A DNA stretch of 63,718 bases, the filler included, from Licmophora abbreviata (taxonomy: Eukaryota): assembly GCA_900291995.1 (NCBI GenBank). It is 17 parts of 17 records of this genome, joined end to end, with 100 filler letters (N's around TTAATTAATTAA, not from the genome) between each part and the next. Parts side by side here need not be neighbours in the genome. Positions count along the whole stretch, not along the records: positions 1 to 3,463 come from OLMU01001142.1; positions 3,564 to 7,484 come from OLMU01001144.1; positions 7,585 to 9,268 come from OLMU01001147.1; positions 9,369 to 11,364 come from OLMU01001148.1; positions 11,465 to 12,960 come from OLMU01001150.1; 12 more parts are not named here. The stretch is one strand, 5' to 3'. The position numbers and the translations under genes were made by a program. The notes beneath the pieces were generated by a model. The model worked only from the letters and a program-made list of their open reading frames with translations, did no database searches and was not told the origin of the DNA. Positions 1 to 12,561 of the stretch are shown here, one piece after another (the stretch's first letter is position 1; the number at the start of each line of letters is the position of its first letter).

Positions 1-1899
<1,899 letters not shown>

Positions 1900-1925
1900 C
1901 TAACAAATCGCGGCCATTGGTTTAA

Positions 1926-1962
1926 GTTGCATTTAGTGATTGTTACGATAATTTTATATTAT
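1926..1962. promoter_or_regulatory. putative OxyR binding site in katG/oxyR divergent promoter
   Basis: GTTG-N7-TGAT-N7-ATAA-N7-TTAT, a degenerate match to the OxyR ATAG-N7-CTAT-N7-ATAG-N7-CTAT spacing, overlapping the oxyR start. Confidence 0.5.
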
Positions 1963-2887
1963 GAAGAATCTGACCCTCAAACAGCTTCGCTATTTCGAGG
2001 CGCTCGCCCGGCATGGCCATTTCGGCCGCGCCGCCGAGGCCTGTGCCATCTCGCAACCCGCCCTGTCGGTACAGATCCGCGATCTCGAGGAGTCGCTTGG
2101 CACCGCGCTCTTCGAACGCGGGGCGCGGCAAGTGCGGTTGACCGCCTTCGGCGATCAGATCGCGCGCCATGTGCGCGGCATCCTTCGCTCGGTCGATGAA
2201 CTGGGCGATCTGGCCCGCGCCTCTCGGGACGGCATGATCGGACGTTTGCGCATCGGTGTCATCCCGACCATCGCGCCCTATCTTCTGCCCACGATCCTGC
2301 GCGATCTCACCACGGCCCATGCCGGGCTCGATGTGCATGTCCGCGAAACCCTGACCCCCCGGCTTATCCGCGAGTTGTCCGAGGGCCGTATCGACTGCGC
2401 CATCGTCGCCTTGCCTGTGTCCGAGCCATCTTTCACCGAGGTGACGCTGTTCACCGAGACCATGATGCTGGTGCGCCCCGGATCTGATGCGGGCAAGCCC
2501 GTGCCCTGCCGCGATGCCCTGCGTGAAATGCGCCTTCTTCTGCTCGAAGAGGGGCATTGCTTCCGCGATCAGGCGCTGTCCTTCTGCAGCCTGCAATCGG
2601 CGGTGCCCCGCGACGGTCTGGATGGCAGTTCCCTGTCCACCCTCGTGCAGATGGTCGGCGCCGGCATGGGCGTCACGCTGGTTCCGGAAATGGCGGTGCC
2701 CGTCGAAACCCGCTCCGCAGATGTATCGGTGGCCGATCTGGGTGATCCGCGGCCCACCCGCACCGTCGGCATGATCTGGCGCAAGACCAGCCCCCTTGCC
2801 GGTCACTTGATGGACATCGCCGATATCGTCCGCCGTTCCGCCGACACCATGCGCCAGCGCCACGCCGCTGCCACCGCGCCGGCCTGA
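1961..2887 (+). CDS. oxyR: LysR-type peroxide sensor OxyR
   Basis: LysR HTH (SQPALSVQIRDLE), redox cysteine pair in EEGHCFRDQALSFC, divergent from katG. Confidence 0.96.
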   Translation: MKNLTLKQLRYFEALARHGHFGRAAEACAISQPALSVQIRDLEESLGTALFERGARQVRLTAFGDQIARHVRGILRSVDELGDLARASRDGMIGRLRIGVIPTIAPYLLPTILRDLTTAHAGLDVHVRETLTPRLIRELSEGRIDCAIVALPVSEPSFTEVTLFTETMMLVRPGSDAGKPVPCRDALREMRLLLLEEGHCFRDQALSFCSLQSAVPRDGLDGSSLSTLVQMVGAGMGVTLVPEMAVPVETRSADVSVADLGDPRPTRTVGMIWRKTSPLAGHLMDIADIVRRSADTMRQRHAAATAPA

Positions 2888-2904
2888 GCCTCGCCCGCCG
2901 CCGC

Positions 2905-3463
2905 TCAGCCGGGCGGCGGCCCAAGCGTGCCGCGCAGCCGCAGATCGGTCTGCAATTCCACGCTTTCAGCCAGGGGAGCGCCACTGCGCAGCGTCTCGAT
3001 CAGCATTTGCGCCGCCTGCCGCCCCATGGCCCGATGCGGTACATGCACCGTGGTCAGCGGCGGCTCCACCAGCGTCGCGATCTCGATATCGTCGAAGCCG
3101 GTGATCGACACGTCCCCCGGCACATGCAGCCCCATCTCGCGCGCCATCTGCAAGGCACCCACCGCCAGCACGTCATTGCCGCAGACAACCGCCGTGGGGC
3201 GTGGCACCCGCCGCATCAGCTTGGCAAAGGCCTGCCGCCCATGCTCGATCGAATAGCGCGTCTGGATCAGCGGCAGCGCCTCGGCATCCAGACCATGCGC
3301 CGTCATCGCCGCGCGCAGCCCCGCCACCCGCTCTCGGGCGCGGTCATTGCCGTGGATGTCCGCGCTGATCATCGCCAGATGCCGGTGCCCCGCACGGATC
3401 ACCTCTTCGGCCAGCACGCGCATCGCCTTGCGATTGTCGAAACCGATCGACGGGCGCGGATTG
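2905..3463 (-). CDS. hpsR: LacI-family regulator, C-terminal part (probable HpsR)
   Basis: LacI effector-domain motifs CGNDVLAVGA, VPGDVSITGFDD, PPLTTV. The 5' end is lost in a gap. Divergent from the hps TRAP operon, as in Ruegeria. Confidence 0.7.
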
Positions 3464-3563
3464 NNNNNNNNNNNNNNNNNNNNNNNNNNNNNNNNNNNNN
3501 NNNNNNNTTAATTAATTAANNNNNNNNNNNNNNNNNNNNNNNNNNNNNNNNNNNNNNNNNNNN
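3464..3563. other. artificial 100-bp contig linker (first of 16)
   Basis: 44 N + TTAATTAATTAA (stops in all six frames) + 44 N. Identical copies start at 7485, 9269, 11365, 12961, 18654, 21117, 23034, 25535, 27064, 29378, 31258, 36670, 42059, 45409 and 62138. Confidence 0.99.
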
Positions 3564-3614
3564 CTTACATTATTCTCGAATCATCGGTCCTGACCGGTGA
3601 GAGGGAGGTACTTC

Positions 3615-3830
3615 ATGTTTTTGCTGCTGGCGGCCGTCTTCTTCGGCGTCTTCGCGACCAATGTGGCGATCGGCTCGGCCCGCGGCGTGGTTTTCCTGAA
3701 CGATGTGGGGGAAATGCTGATGCTGTTCGCAGCAGTGGTATCCTTCGTTGTGGCCGTCCTGCGCAGCGAAGCCGCCCGCAACCGCAAAAGACACGCACAG
3801 GACATCCAAGGGAGGAACGAAAATGAATAA
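3615..3830 (+). CDS. small two-TM membrane protein, first gene of hps operon
   Basis: SD GGGAGG before ATG 3615. Two hydrophobic stretches. Its stop overlaps the hpsK start (ATGAATAA). Confidence 0.7.
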   Translation: MFLLLAAVFFGVFATNVAIGSARGVVFLNDVGEMLMLFAAVVSFVVAVLRSEAARNRKRHAQDIQGRNENE

Positions 3831-4971
3831 AGAACAAAAGGAACTTGCCTCGCAAGAGCGCCGCAATTTCATGAAGCTCGCCGCCACCGGCAGCTTCACG
3901 GCGGCTCTCGTGGCGGGGGCAAGCGGTGTGCTGTGGTCATCCGCGGCCACGGCCCAGACCGCCAATGAAGAACGCGAGCGTGAACAGGCTGCCGATCACG
4001 TCATGACGCTGGCCACCGAATATGTCGTCGGCACCACGCGCAGCTACCCGATGATGCAGCTGGACTTCAAAGAGAACATTCAGAACGCCACCAGCGGCAA
4101 GGTCTATGTGAAACTGGCCCCCGGCGGTCAGCTGGGCGTCGGCTCGGCCCTCGCCCAGAAGGTGCAGGGCGGCACGGTCAATGCCGGTCAGTTCTCACTG
4201 TCCAACTTCGCCCCCTTCGCCCCGGCGGTCGACCTGATCAACATGCCGTATTTCTGCGGCGCCAATCAGCGCTTCGTGAACCTCGTGACGTCCGACATCT
4301 GGAACGCCGAGGTCAACGCCATGGTCGAGCAGCGTGGCTTCAAGCCGCTCTTCTACTTCTGCATCGACCCGCGTGTGATGGCCGTGCGCAAGGGCGGCGG
4401 CGGCCCGATCATGACACCGGGCGATCTTGCCGGCGTCAAGTTCCGCGTCCCCGGTTCGCAGATGCTCCAGCAGTTCTACCGCATGGCGGGTGCCAACCCC
4501 ACGCCGGTCGCATGGGGCGAAACCCCCTCGGCGATCAAGCAGGGCGTGGCCGATGCCCTCGATCCGTCGGTCGGCGCGCTCTATGCCTTCGGCTTCAAGG
4601 ACATCCTCAGCCACGTGACCTTCACGCAGGCCGTTCCCGACAGCCAGTGCTACGCCTGCAACCTCGAATGGTTCAACTCCCTGCCCGGCGACGTGCAGGA
4701 CGGGCTGGCATGGGCATCCGAGATGACCTTCCACCAGAACCTTGCCAAGGTGCCGTCCTCGCGTGCCTTCGCAATGGCCGAAATGGCCAAGTCCGGGGTC
4801 GAATTCCACTCGCTCAGCGCCGACCAGCTGACCGAATGGCAGGAAACCGCAGGCTTCCAGCGCTCCGAATGGGATCCCTTCAAGACCGAGCTGGCCGGCT
4901 CGATGGAGACCTTCGACAAGCTGGCCGAAGCCGCGGGCACGCAAGGCAAGTACTACGTGCACGACGCCTGA
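3823..4971 (+). CDS. hpsK: TRAP substrate-binding protein (DctP) with Tat signal; probable DHPS-binding HpsK
   Basis: SD GGAGG, twin-arginine RRNFMK, DctP motifs DLAGVKFRVP and GANPTPVAWGE. Upstream of DctQ/DctM and hpsN. Confidence 0.85.
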   Translation: MNKEQKELASQERRNFMKLAATGSFTAALVAGASGVLWSSAATAQTANEEREREQAADHVMTLATEYVVGTTRSYPMMQLDFKENIQNATSGKVYVKLAPGGQLGVGSALAQKVQGGTVNAGQFSLSNFAPFAPAVDLINMPYFCGANQRFVNLVTSDIWNAEVNAMVEQRGFKPLFYFCIDPRVMAVRKGGGGPIMTPGDLAGVKFRVPGSQMLQQFYRMAGANPTPVAWGETPSAIKQGVADALDPSVGALYAFGFKDILSHVTFTQAVPDSQCYACNLEWFNSLPGDVQDGLAWASEMTFHQNLAKVPSSRAFAMAEMAKSGVEFHSLSADQLTEWQETAGFQRSEWDPFKTELAGSMETFDKLAEAAGTQGKYYVHDA

Positions 4972-4982
4972 TCCCCATCGCC

Positions 4983-5005
4983 GCCGGGCGCGTTCTGCGC
5001 CCGGC
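4983..5005 (+). terminator. intercistronic GC-rich stem-loop after hpsK
   Basis: GCCGGGCGC-GTTCT-GCGCCCGGC perfect 9-bp stem with no U tract. Probably stabilises the binding-protein mRNA segment. Confidence 0.55.
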
Positions 5006-5069
5006 GTTGCCATAACAGTCGATCAATGCACCGGGTCCGCGTCACGGCGTCCGGACGGGAAAGGACGAC

Positions 5070-5576
5070 ATGCTTCAGGCACTGGACAAAAACGCGGAAC
5101 GATGGGCGCTGCTGGTGTTCTACGTGATGCTCGTGGTGACCATGGCGGTCGAGGTGCTGCGCCGCGAACTCTTCTCCTATTCCTCGATCTGGGGCGAAGA
5201 GATCGTGCGCTATTCCTTCATCTATCTCGCCTGGATCGGGGCCGCCGCCGCCGTCAAGGAGCGTGGCCATATCCGTATCGACGTGATCATGCATTACCTG
5301 TCGCCGCGCGCCAAGGCGCTGCTCTATATCTTCGGTGACATTGTGATGGCCGCCGTGGCCGTGATCGCGGTCTACTGGTCTTGGGAAACCGTTATGGTCT
5401 CGGCCAAGTTCGGATCGGTCAGCCACGGTCTGCGCGTGTCGATGATCTGGTTCCTGCTGGCGGTGCCCATCGGGTTCAGCCTGATGCTGCTGCGCCTCGC
5501 CCAATCCTTCCTGCGCGATCTGCGCGCCCTTCGTGACGGCACGCCCGTCTACGAAGGCGACAAGCTGTTCGACTGA
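5070..5576 (+). CDS. hpsL: TRAP small permease (DctQ), HpsL
   Basis: Four TM helices, WGEEIVRY and GHIRID DctQ motifs. Confidence 0.85.
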   Translation: MLQALDKNAERWALLVFYVMLVVTMAVEVLRRELFSYSSIWGEEIVRYSFIYLAWIGAAAAVKERGHIRIDVIMHYLSPRAKALLYIFGDIVMAAVAVIAVYWSWETVMVSAKFGSVSHGLRVSMIWFLLAVPIGFSLMLLRLAQSFLRDLRALRDGTPVYEGDKLFD

Positions 5577-5589
5577 GGGGGCGCGCACC

Positions 5590-6915
5590 ATGTGGCAGAC
5601 CCTCAACACATCGGTCGAACTGGGCTGGGATTTCTACTTTCCGGTGATCCTTTTCGTCGTGCTCTGCGCGCTGGCCATCCCCGTCTGGGCGGCCATCGGC
5701 GCCTCGGCCATCGTCATGCTCCTGATGTCCGGCGCCTTGCCGCTCTCGCTGGTGGGCGAAAGCCTGTTCGACGGCATCGACGCCTTTGCCCTGACCGCCG
5801 TGCCGCTTTTCATCCTGACGGGTGACGTGCTGGTGCGCACCGGCCTGTCGCGCAAGTTTCTGGATGTGGCCGAGGCGCTGACCTGCTTTGCCAAGGGCGG
5901 GTTCGGCTCGGCCACGGTGCTGGTTTGCGGGATGTTCTCGGCGATCTCCGGCTCGGATGCCGCAGGGGCCGCCGCCGTGGGCCGCATGACCATCGACCGG
6001 CTGGTGGAATCCGGCTATCCGCGCCCTTATGCCTGTGCGCTGGTGGCCGCGGGCGCCTGTACCGGCATCCTCATTCCGCCCTCCATCGCCTATATCATCA
6101 TCGGCCTCGTTCTGGGCATTTCCGCCTCGACCCTCTTTCTGGCCGCCGTGATCCCCGGCATCGCGATCCTCGTGTCGATCCTCGTCACCAATATCGTGGT
6201 CAACCGCATCTACAATTACGAAGGCGGCGGCGGCATCGGCTTCGGCGACTGGCTGCGCAATCTGGGCGGTGCGCTGGCGCGCGGCTGGTATGCCTTCATC
6301 GTGCCCGTCATCATCTTCGGCGGCATCTTCTCCGGCAAGTTCACCCCGACCGAGGCCGGCGCCACCGCCGTCATCGTCACCATCTTTCTGGGCTTCGTTC
6401 TGGGCACGCTCAAGCTGGCGGATTTCCCGGCGATGCTGGTCAGTTCCGCCAAGGTCAACGGCGTGATCCTGCCGATCATCGCCTTTTCGCTGCCGCTCGC
6501 GCAGGCACTGGCGATCCTCGGCGTGCCGCAGGGCTTCGTTCAGGGCGTGACCTCGATCACCGATGAACCGGCCATCCTGATCCTGCTGATGATCTTCATC
6601 CTGATCGCCGCCGGCTGCGTGATGGAGACGACGCCCAACATCGTGATCCTCGCCCCGATCCTCAAGCCGCTGGCCGACAATATCGGGATGAACGAGATTC
6701 AGTTCTGCGTGATGATGATCACCGCGCTTGGCGTGGGCTTCATCACCCCGCCGCTTGGTCTCAACCTGTTCGTTGTGTCCGGTCTCACCGGCGAATCCAT
6801 CCTTCGGATCGCCGTGCGCGCCGTGCCGTTCGTGTTCTTCATGCTGATCGTGGTCCTGCTGATCGCCTATGTGCCCGCATTGTCCACGTCGCTTCTGCCT
6901 GACATCTACAAATAG
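5590..6915 (+). CDS. hpsM: TRAP large permease (DctM), HpsM
   Basis: AISGS, GILIPPS, FTPTEA, GFITPPLGLNLFV motifs. ATG 5590 follows GAGGGG. Confidence 0.88.
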   Translation: MWQTLNTSVELGWDFYFPVILFVVLCALAIPVWAAIGASAIVMLLMSGALPLSLVGESLFDGIDAFALTAVPLFILTGDVLVRTGLSRKFLDVAEALTCFAKGGFGSATVLVCGMFSAISGSDAAGAAAVGRMTIDRLVESGYPRPYACALVAAGACTGILIPPSIAYIIIGLVLGISASTLFLAAVIPGIAILVSILVTNIVVNRIYNYEGGGGIGFGDWLRNLGGALARGWYAFIVPVIIFGGIFSGKFTPTEAGATAVIVTIFLGFVLGTLKLADFPAMLVSSAKVNGVILPIIAFSLPLAQALAILGVPQGFVQGVTSITDEPAILILLMIFILIAAGCVMETTPNIVILAPILKPLADNIGMNEIQFCVMMITALGVGFITPPLGLNLFVVSGLTGESILRIAVRAVPFVFFMLIVVLLIAYVPALSTSLLPDIYK

Positions 6916-6927
6916 GACTCACATTCA

Positions 6928-7484
6928 ATGGCCCGAGAGTATCTCAAGAAAGCTGCCCTGACCGCGCAATCCGGCGCCTCCGACGTGCACCAGACGGTGC
7001 AGACCATCCTCGATGATATCGAAAAGGGCGGCGATCAGGCGGCACTCGACTACGCTGCAAAGTTCGATCAATACGACGGCAACGTGGTCCTCACCCGTGA
7101 TGAGATCGAGGCCGCCAAGGCCCTCGTGCCTGAAAAGCTTCGGCAGGACATCCAGTTCGCCCATGCCAATGTCCGCGCCTTCGCCGAGGCCCAGAAGGAA
7201 ACCCTCCGCGACATCGAGATCGAGGTGGTGCCCGGCCTGATCGCAGGACAGAAAAGCATCCCCGTCCACGGCGCAGGCTGCTATGTGCCGGGCGGGCGCT
7301 ACAGCCACATCGCCTCCGCCATCATGACCGTGACCACCGCCAAGGTCGCGGGCTGCCAGCATATCGTCGCCTGCTCTCCGCCGCGCCCCGGTGTGGGCAT
7401 CAACCCCGCCATCATCTACGCCGCCGATCTGTGCGGCGCCGACACGATCCTCGCCATGGGTGGCGTGCAGGGCGTCGCCGCGAT
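6928..7484 (+). CDS. hpsN: HisD-like sulfopropanediol 3-dehydrogenase (truncated by gap)
   Basis: Histidinol-dehydrogenase fold with GCYVPGGRYSHIASAIMT and MGGVQGVA, in a TRAP operon rather than a his operon. Confidence 0.85.
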
Positions 7485-7585
7485 NNNNNNNNNNNNNNNN
7501 NNNNNNNNNNNNNNNNNNNNNNNNNNNNTTAATTAATTAANNNNNNNNNNNNNNNNNNNNNNNNNNNNNNNNNNNNNNNNNNNNT

Positions 7586-8485
7586 GTCGACAGCGTCGGC
7601 ATCTGCGGCTCGGACATGCACGCCTTTCTCGGCCATGACGAGCGGCGCCCCGCCCCGCTCATCCTTGGTCACGAGGCGGCGGGCGTGATCGAAACCGGCC
7701 CGCGCGCCGGCACCCGCGTCACCGTCAACCCGCTGGTCACCTGCGGCACCTGCCCGGCCTGCCTTGCCGGGCGCGACAACCTGTGTCCCGACCGTCAGAT
7801 CATCTCGATGCCGCCGCGCGAAGGCGCCTTCGCTCAGCATCTCACCATGCCCGAAGGCAATCTCGTGGTGCTGCCTGATCACGTCACAACCGATCAGGCG
7901 GCGCTGGCCGAACCCATCGCCTGTGGCTGGCATGCCGTGCGGCTCGGGCTGGCCTCGCTCAACACTGGCCACACACCCCGCGCTCTGGTGATCGGCGGCG
8001 GCGCCATCGGTCTGGGCGCGGCCCTCAGCCTTACGGCGCAGGGGATCACGGATGTGACCGTGGTGGAACCCAACGTGGTGCGGCGGCGCTACCTGTCGCT
8101 CAATTGCGGCCAGCACGCTTTGGATCCTGCCGCGCTTGACGGGCAGCTCTTCGATATCGTGATCGACGGTGTCGGATACGAGGCGACCCGCGCGCAGGCC
8201 TCGGCCTCTGCCCGTCCCGGTGGCGTCATCTTGCATATCGGACTGGGGCAGGCGACAGGCGGGCTGGATATCCGGCGCATGACGTTGCAGGAAATCACCT
8301 TCATCGGCACCTACACCTACACAGCTGAGGATTTCCGCCAGACGGCCCAAGCCATGTTCGATGGCCGGCTCGGTGCGCTCGACTGGGTCGAAACCCGTGG
8401 TCTCTCCGAAGGGCAGGGGGCGTTTTCGGATATCCGCAAGGGCCTGACCAACGCGCCCAAGATCATCCTGCGACCCGACAGCTGA
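7586..8485 (+). CDS. hpsP: Zn-dependent alcohol dehydrogenase, probable HpsP (5' end in gap)
   Basis: GICGSD..H, GHE, structural-Zn CGTCPAC...C, GGGAIG. Position after hpsN matches hpsNOP, with hpsO presumably in the gap. Confidence 0.7.
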   Translation, partial: VDSVGICGSDMHAFLGHDERRPAPLILGHEAAGVIETGPRAGTRVTVNPLVTCGTCPACLAGRDNLCPDRQIISMPPREGAFAQHLTMPEGNLVVLPDHVTTDQAALAEPIACGWHAVRLGLASLNTGHTPRALVIGGGAIGLGAALSLTAQGITDVTVVEPNVVRRRYLSLNCGQHALDPAALDGQLFDIVIDGVGYEATRAQASASARPGGVILHIGLGQATGGLDIRRMTLQEITFIGTYTYTAEDFRQTAQAMFDGRLGALDWVETRGLSEGQGAFSDIRKGLTNAPKIILRPDS

Positions 8486-8517
8486 CATGCCTCGCCGGGC
8501 GCCGGCACGTCCGGCGC

Positions 8518-9222
8518 TCACAGCACCTGGATCACGTCCTTGTCGATCGCCAGCATATAGCCGCGCCGCGCGATGTTCTTGACCAGCAATTCGCTCACCA
8601 TCTGGTTGCCAAGCGTATCGCGCAGCCGTTTGATGCGCGTGGCCCCCGCCGCCTCGTCGCAATCCACCGCCTGCCGCCCCGAGATCACCGCTTCGATCTC
8701 GGCCCCGGTCAGCACGTCGTCATCCATCCGCGCCTCGGCCAGCACCGCCAGCGTCTCCATCGCCGCATCGGTCAGCTTGAACCCCATATTGTTCAGATAG
8801 ACGGTGTTTTCCTCCCGGCTGATCAACAGCGAACTCACCTGAATGCCCGAGCGTTCGATCTGCGCCATGCGCCGGTTCATCGCCACCAGCATCACCAGAA
8901 ACACCAGCGACGCCACTAGCAGCGCCGCGGCAAAGACCAGCAGCACGAACATCACCATGCGATAGGATTTCAGCGTCTCGGAAAACGCCGTGCCCGACAG
9001 CGCAAGGATTTCCAGCAGCTTGATATCCGCCTCTGCGGTCAGCGCGTCGTTTTCCACGAAAATCCGCTCGACCCGCGCATTGAAGGCATTCGCATCCGGC
9101 AGGTTCAGGAACAGGAACAATGCCGCCAGCGACAGGATCGCCACGATGGCGATGATCCCGAACACCACGACCCGGTTGCCCGAACGTCGCGCCTCCGCGG
9201 CGGTGCCGTTGCTGGTCCTCAC
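8518..9222 (-). CDS. membrane-anchored protein with C-terminal OmpR/PhoB-like winged helix
   Basis: Two TM helices, then LTDAAMETL...RIKRLRDTLG...VKNIARRGYML (wHTH-like). Start codon uncertain. Confidence 0.7.
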   Translation of the reverse strand: MRTSNGTAAEARRSGNRVVVFGIIAIVAILSLAALFLFLNLPDANAFNARVERIFVENDALTAEADIKLLEILALSGTAFSETLKSYRMVMFVLLVFAAALLVASLVFLVMLVAMNRRMAQIERSGIQVSSLLISREENTVYLNNMGFKLTDAAMETLAVLAEARMDDDVLTGAEIEAVISGRQAVDCDEAAGATRIKRLRDTLGNQMVSELLVKNIARRGYMLAIDKDVIQVL

Positions 9223-9368
9223 ACTGTGTTCCCCTTCACTCGTCCCTCACCGACATCACCTTCAACAANNNNNNNNNNNNNNNNNNNNNNNNNNNNNNNN
9301 NNNNNNNNNNNNTTAATTAATTAANNNNNNNNNNNNNNNNNNNNNNNNNNNNNNNNNNNNNNNNNNNN

Positions 9369-9790
9369 TGCTGCACCGTCATTTCATCGCCACCATCCTC
9401 GCCGCCTCTCTGGCGATAACCAGCTTCACCGCCGCGCCCGCCCGCGCCGACAATGACGCCGCCAAGATCATCGCCGGTGTCGCGGCGCTGGCCATCATCG
9501 GCGCCGCCGTGGCCGATTCCCGCAACAACGATCGTGGCAAGGTCTACGGCTACGGCCACGCCAAGCCGCATCACAAGGGATACAAACCCCATGTCGCGCA
9601 GAACCGCTACAATCATGCCGGGGTCATTCCCCATCGGAATGTCCACCAACCACAGCGTCACGGCTATTACGGTCACGGCAAGCACCAGCGTGCCGGCAAC
9701 CGCGTCGTGCTGCCCCAGGCCTGCCTGATCCGCGATGGCGGCGGGCGTGCGGTCTATAGCGCCCGCTGCCTCAAGCGCATGGGCTACTGA
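9369..9790 (+). CDS. secreted hypothetical protein
   Basis: (A)TG CTG CAC at the contig edge reads LHRHFIATILAASLAITSFTAAPARA (signal peptide), then a hydrophobic IIAGVAALAIIGA segment and a His/Gly/Tyr-rich tail. Confidence 0.7.
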
Positions 9791-9831
9791 GGCAGACCCG
9801 ACCCGAGCAGTCAAAAAGCCGAAGCAGTCGG

Positions 9832-9861
9832 AAGGGAAGGGCGCCTCTGCCCTTCCCTTTT
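9832..9861 (+). terminator. intrinsic terminator
   Basis: AAGGGAAGGGC-GCCTCT-GCCCTTCCCTT followed by a short T run. Confidence 0.75.
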
Positions 9862-9893
9862 GCATTTTCCGTGGCGCGGTGGCATGGAGGGCC

Positions 9894-10527
9894 ATGAGCA
9901 CCCTTCCCGATTTCACCCTCGAAACCGCCGCCCATGCCGCAGGCCATCTGCGCGTCGCCGGCGTGGACGAGGTGGGCCGCGGCCCCCTGGCCGGGCCGGT
10001 CACGGCGGCGGCGGTGGTGCTGGACATCTCGCGCATCCCCGAGGGGCTGAACGATTCCAAACGCCTGACCGCCAAACGCCGTGCCGTTCTGCATGACACG
10101 ATCCTGGCCCTCGCCGAGGTCTCCATCGCCCATGCCTCGGTCGAAGAGATCGACAGCCTCAACATCCTTCGCGCCTCGCATCTGGCGATGGAACGGGCGA
10201 TTGCGGGGCTGGCCACACCGCCCGACATGGCGCTGATCGACGGCAACCTGATCCCCCGTGGCCTGCAGATCCCGGCGCAGGCCGTGATCAAGGGAGACGG
10301 CAAATCCCTGTCCATTGCGGCGGCCTCGATCGTGGCCAAAATCACCCGCGATCGGATCATGTGGGATTTGGCGCAACAGTTCCCCGGCTACGGCTGGGAG
10401 ACGAACGCCGGATACCCATCAAAAAGCCACACCGACGCGCTTCAAAATATTGGGCTGACCCCTCACCATAGACGTTCGTTCAAACCCGTCCACAATATAT
10501 TGTATCAAGACAAAACTGTAAGTAACT

Positions 10528-10529
<2 letters not shown>
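9894..10529 (+). CDS. rnhB: ribonuclease HII
   Basis: AGVDEVGRGPLAGPV, LNDSKRL, LIDGN, SIAAASIVAK. SD GGAGG before ATG 9894. Confidence 0.97.
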
Positions 10530-11364
<835 letters not shown>

Positions 11365-11464
11365 NNNNNNNNNNNNNNNNNNNNNNNNNNNNNNNNNNNN
11401 NNNNNNNNTTAATTAATTAANNNNNNNNNNNNNNNNNNNNNNNNNNNNNNNNNNNNNNNNNNNN

Positions 11465-12512
11465 AGATCGCCGGCACCATCGCCGCCATGGTCATGATCG
11501 GATAGCCATAGGGCAGTTGCGGCGCCTCGTCCTCGGCATAGGTCTGCAACAGCGGAAAGCGGCGGTCGGGCTTGTAATGATGGTCCGAGTGGCGCTGCAG
11601 GTTGATGAGCAGCCAGTTCGACGCCTTGTGGGACGCATTCCAGCTGTGATGCGGTTTCACATGCTCGTATTTGCCGCCTCCCAGGTGCCGCCGCGTCAGC
11701 CCGTAATGCTCGATGTAATTGACCAGCTCCAGCTGCCAGATCGCGATGAAGGCCTGCCACAGGAACAGCCCCAGCCCGACCCACCCGCCAAGCAGCGCGG
11801 CCAGCGTCAGCATCACCCCCTGCAGCGCCCAGTAGCGCCAGAACGGGTTGCGCCGAGCATGCCAGGGCAGCCCCTTGCGCGCCAGAAACGCCCGCTCGGC
11901 CTGGAAGGCCGACAACAGCGATTGCCGCAGAACCCTTGGAAAGAAGCGATAGAACCCCTCGTTGTAGCGCGCGGTTACCGGGTCGCTTGGTGTGCCCACA
12001 TGAATGTGATGCACCCGCAGATGCTCGGACCTGAAATGGGAATAAAGCACCATGGACAGCAGCAGATCGCCCAGCAACCGTTCGCGGCGGTCCTTTTGAT
12101 GCATGAGCTCATGGGAATAATTGATGCCGACCGTGCCGGAAATCACGCCCATGCCGAAAAACAGCAGCAGGGTTTCCAGTGTGGAGAGATGCGCGTCACC
12201 CGGTCCGGCCACATACCAGATCATCCAGAACAACAGACCGAATTGCAGCGGCGCCCAGATCAGGGTGATCGCCCTGTACCATGTCAGCTTGCCTTCGTCG
12301 GTTGAAGGATCGGCATTGTCGAGGTTAAGGCCAAGGAACGCATCGAGGATTGAAAAGAAATACCAGGTCACGAGCGGCAGCAAAAGCACCGTCCAGCCGC
12401 CATGCAGCGCGCCGATAATGGCCAGTGGCACCAGCACCAGCGACAGCCAGAACGGCAGGGCGCGCCGGACCTGTGCCACCTTGTCGGCGGGAAGGGTTCG
12501 CAACGTGGTCAT
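11465..12512 (-). CDS. alkB: alkane 1-monooxygenase (3' end in gap)
   Basis: All AlkB histidine boxes present: HELMH, EHLRVHH, NYIEHYGL, LQRHSDHH. Confidence 0.93.
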
Positions 12513-12561
12513 GCATAGGCTCCCGTCATGGCATGAGATACTCGAACGGCACGGGGATCAA

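Noticed and set aside
3564..3570. CTTACAT as half of a LacI-type operator (TGTAAGCGCTTACA) for HpsR
   Set aside because: Suggestive, but the other half is in the gap, so it cannot be supported.
6928..7484. Histidine-biosynthesis hisD
   Set aside because: The TRAP/dehydrogenase context and the GGRYSHIASAIMT variant fit HpsN better.
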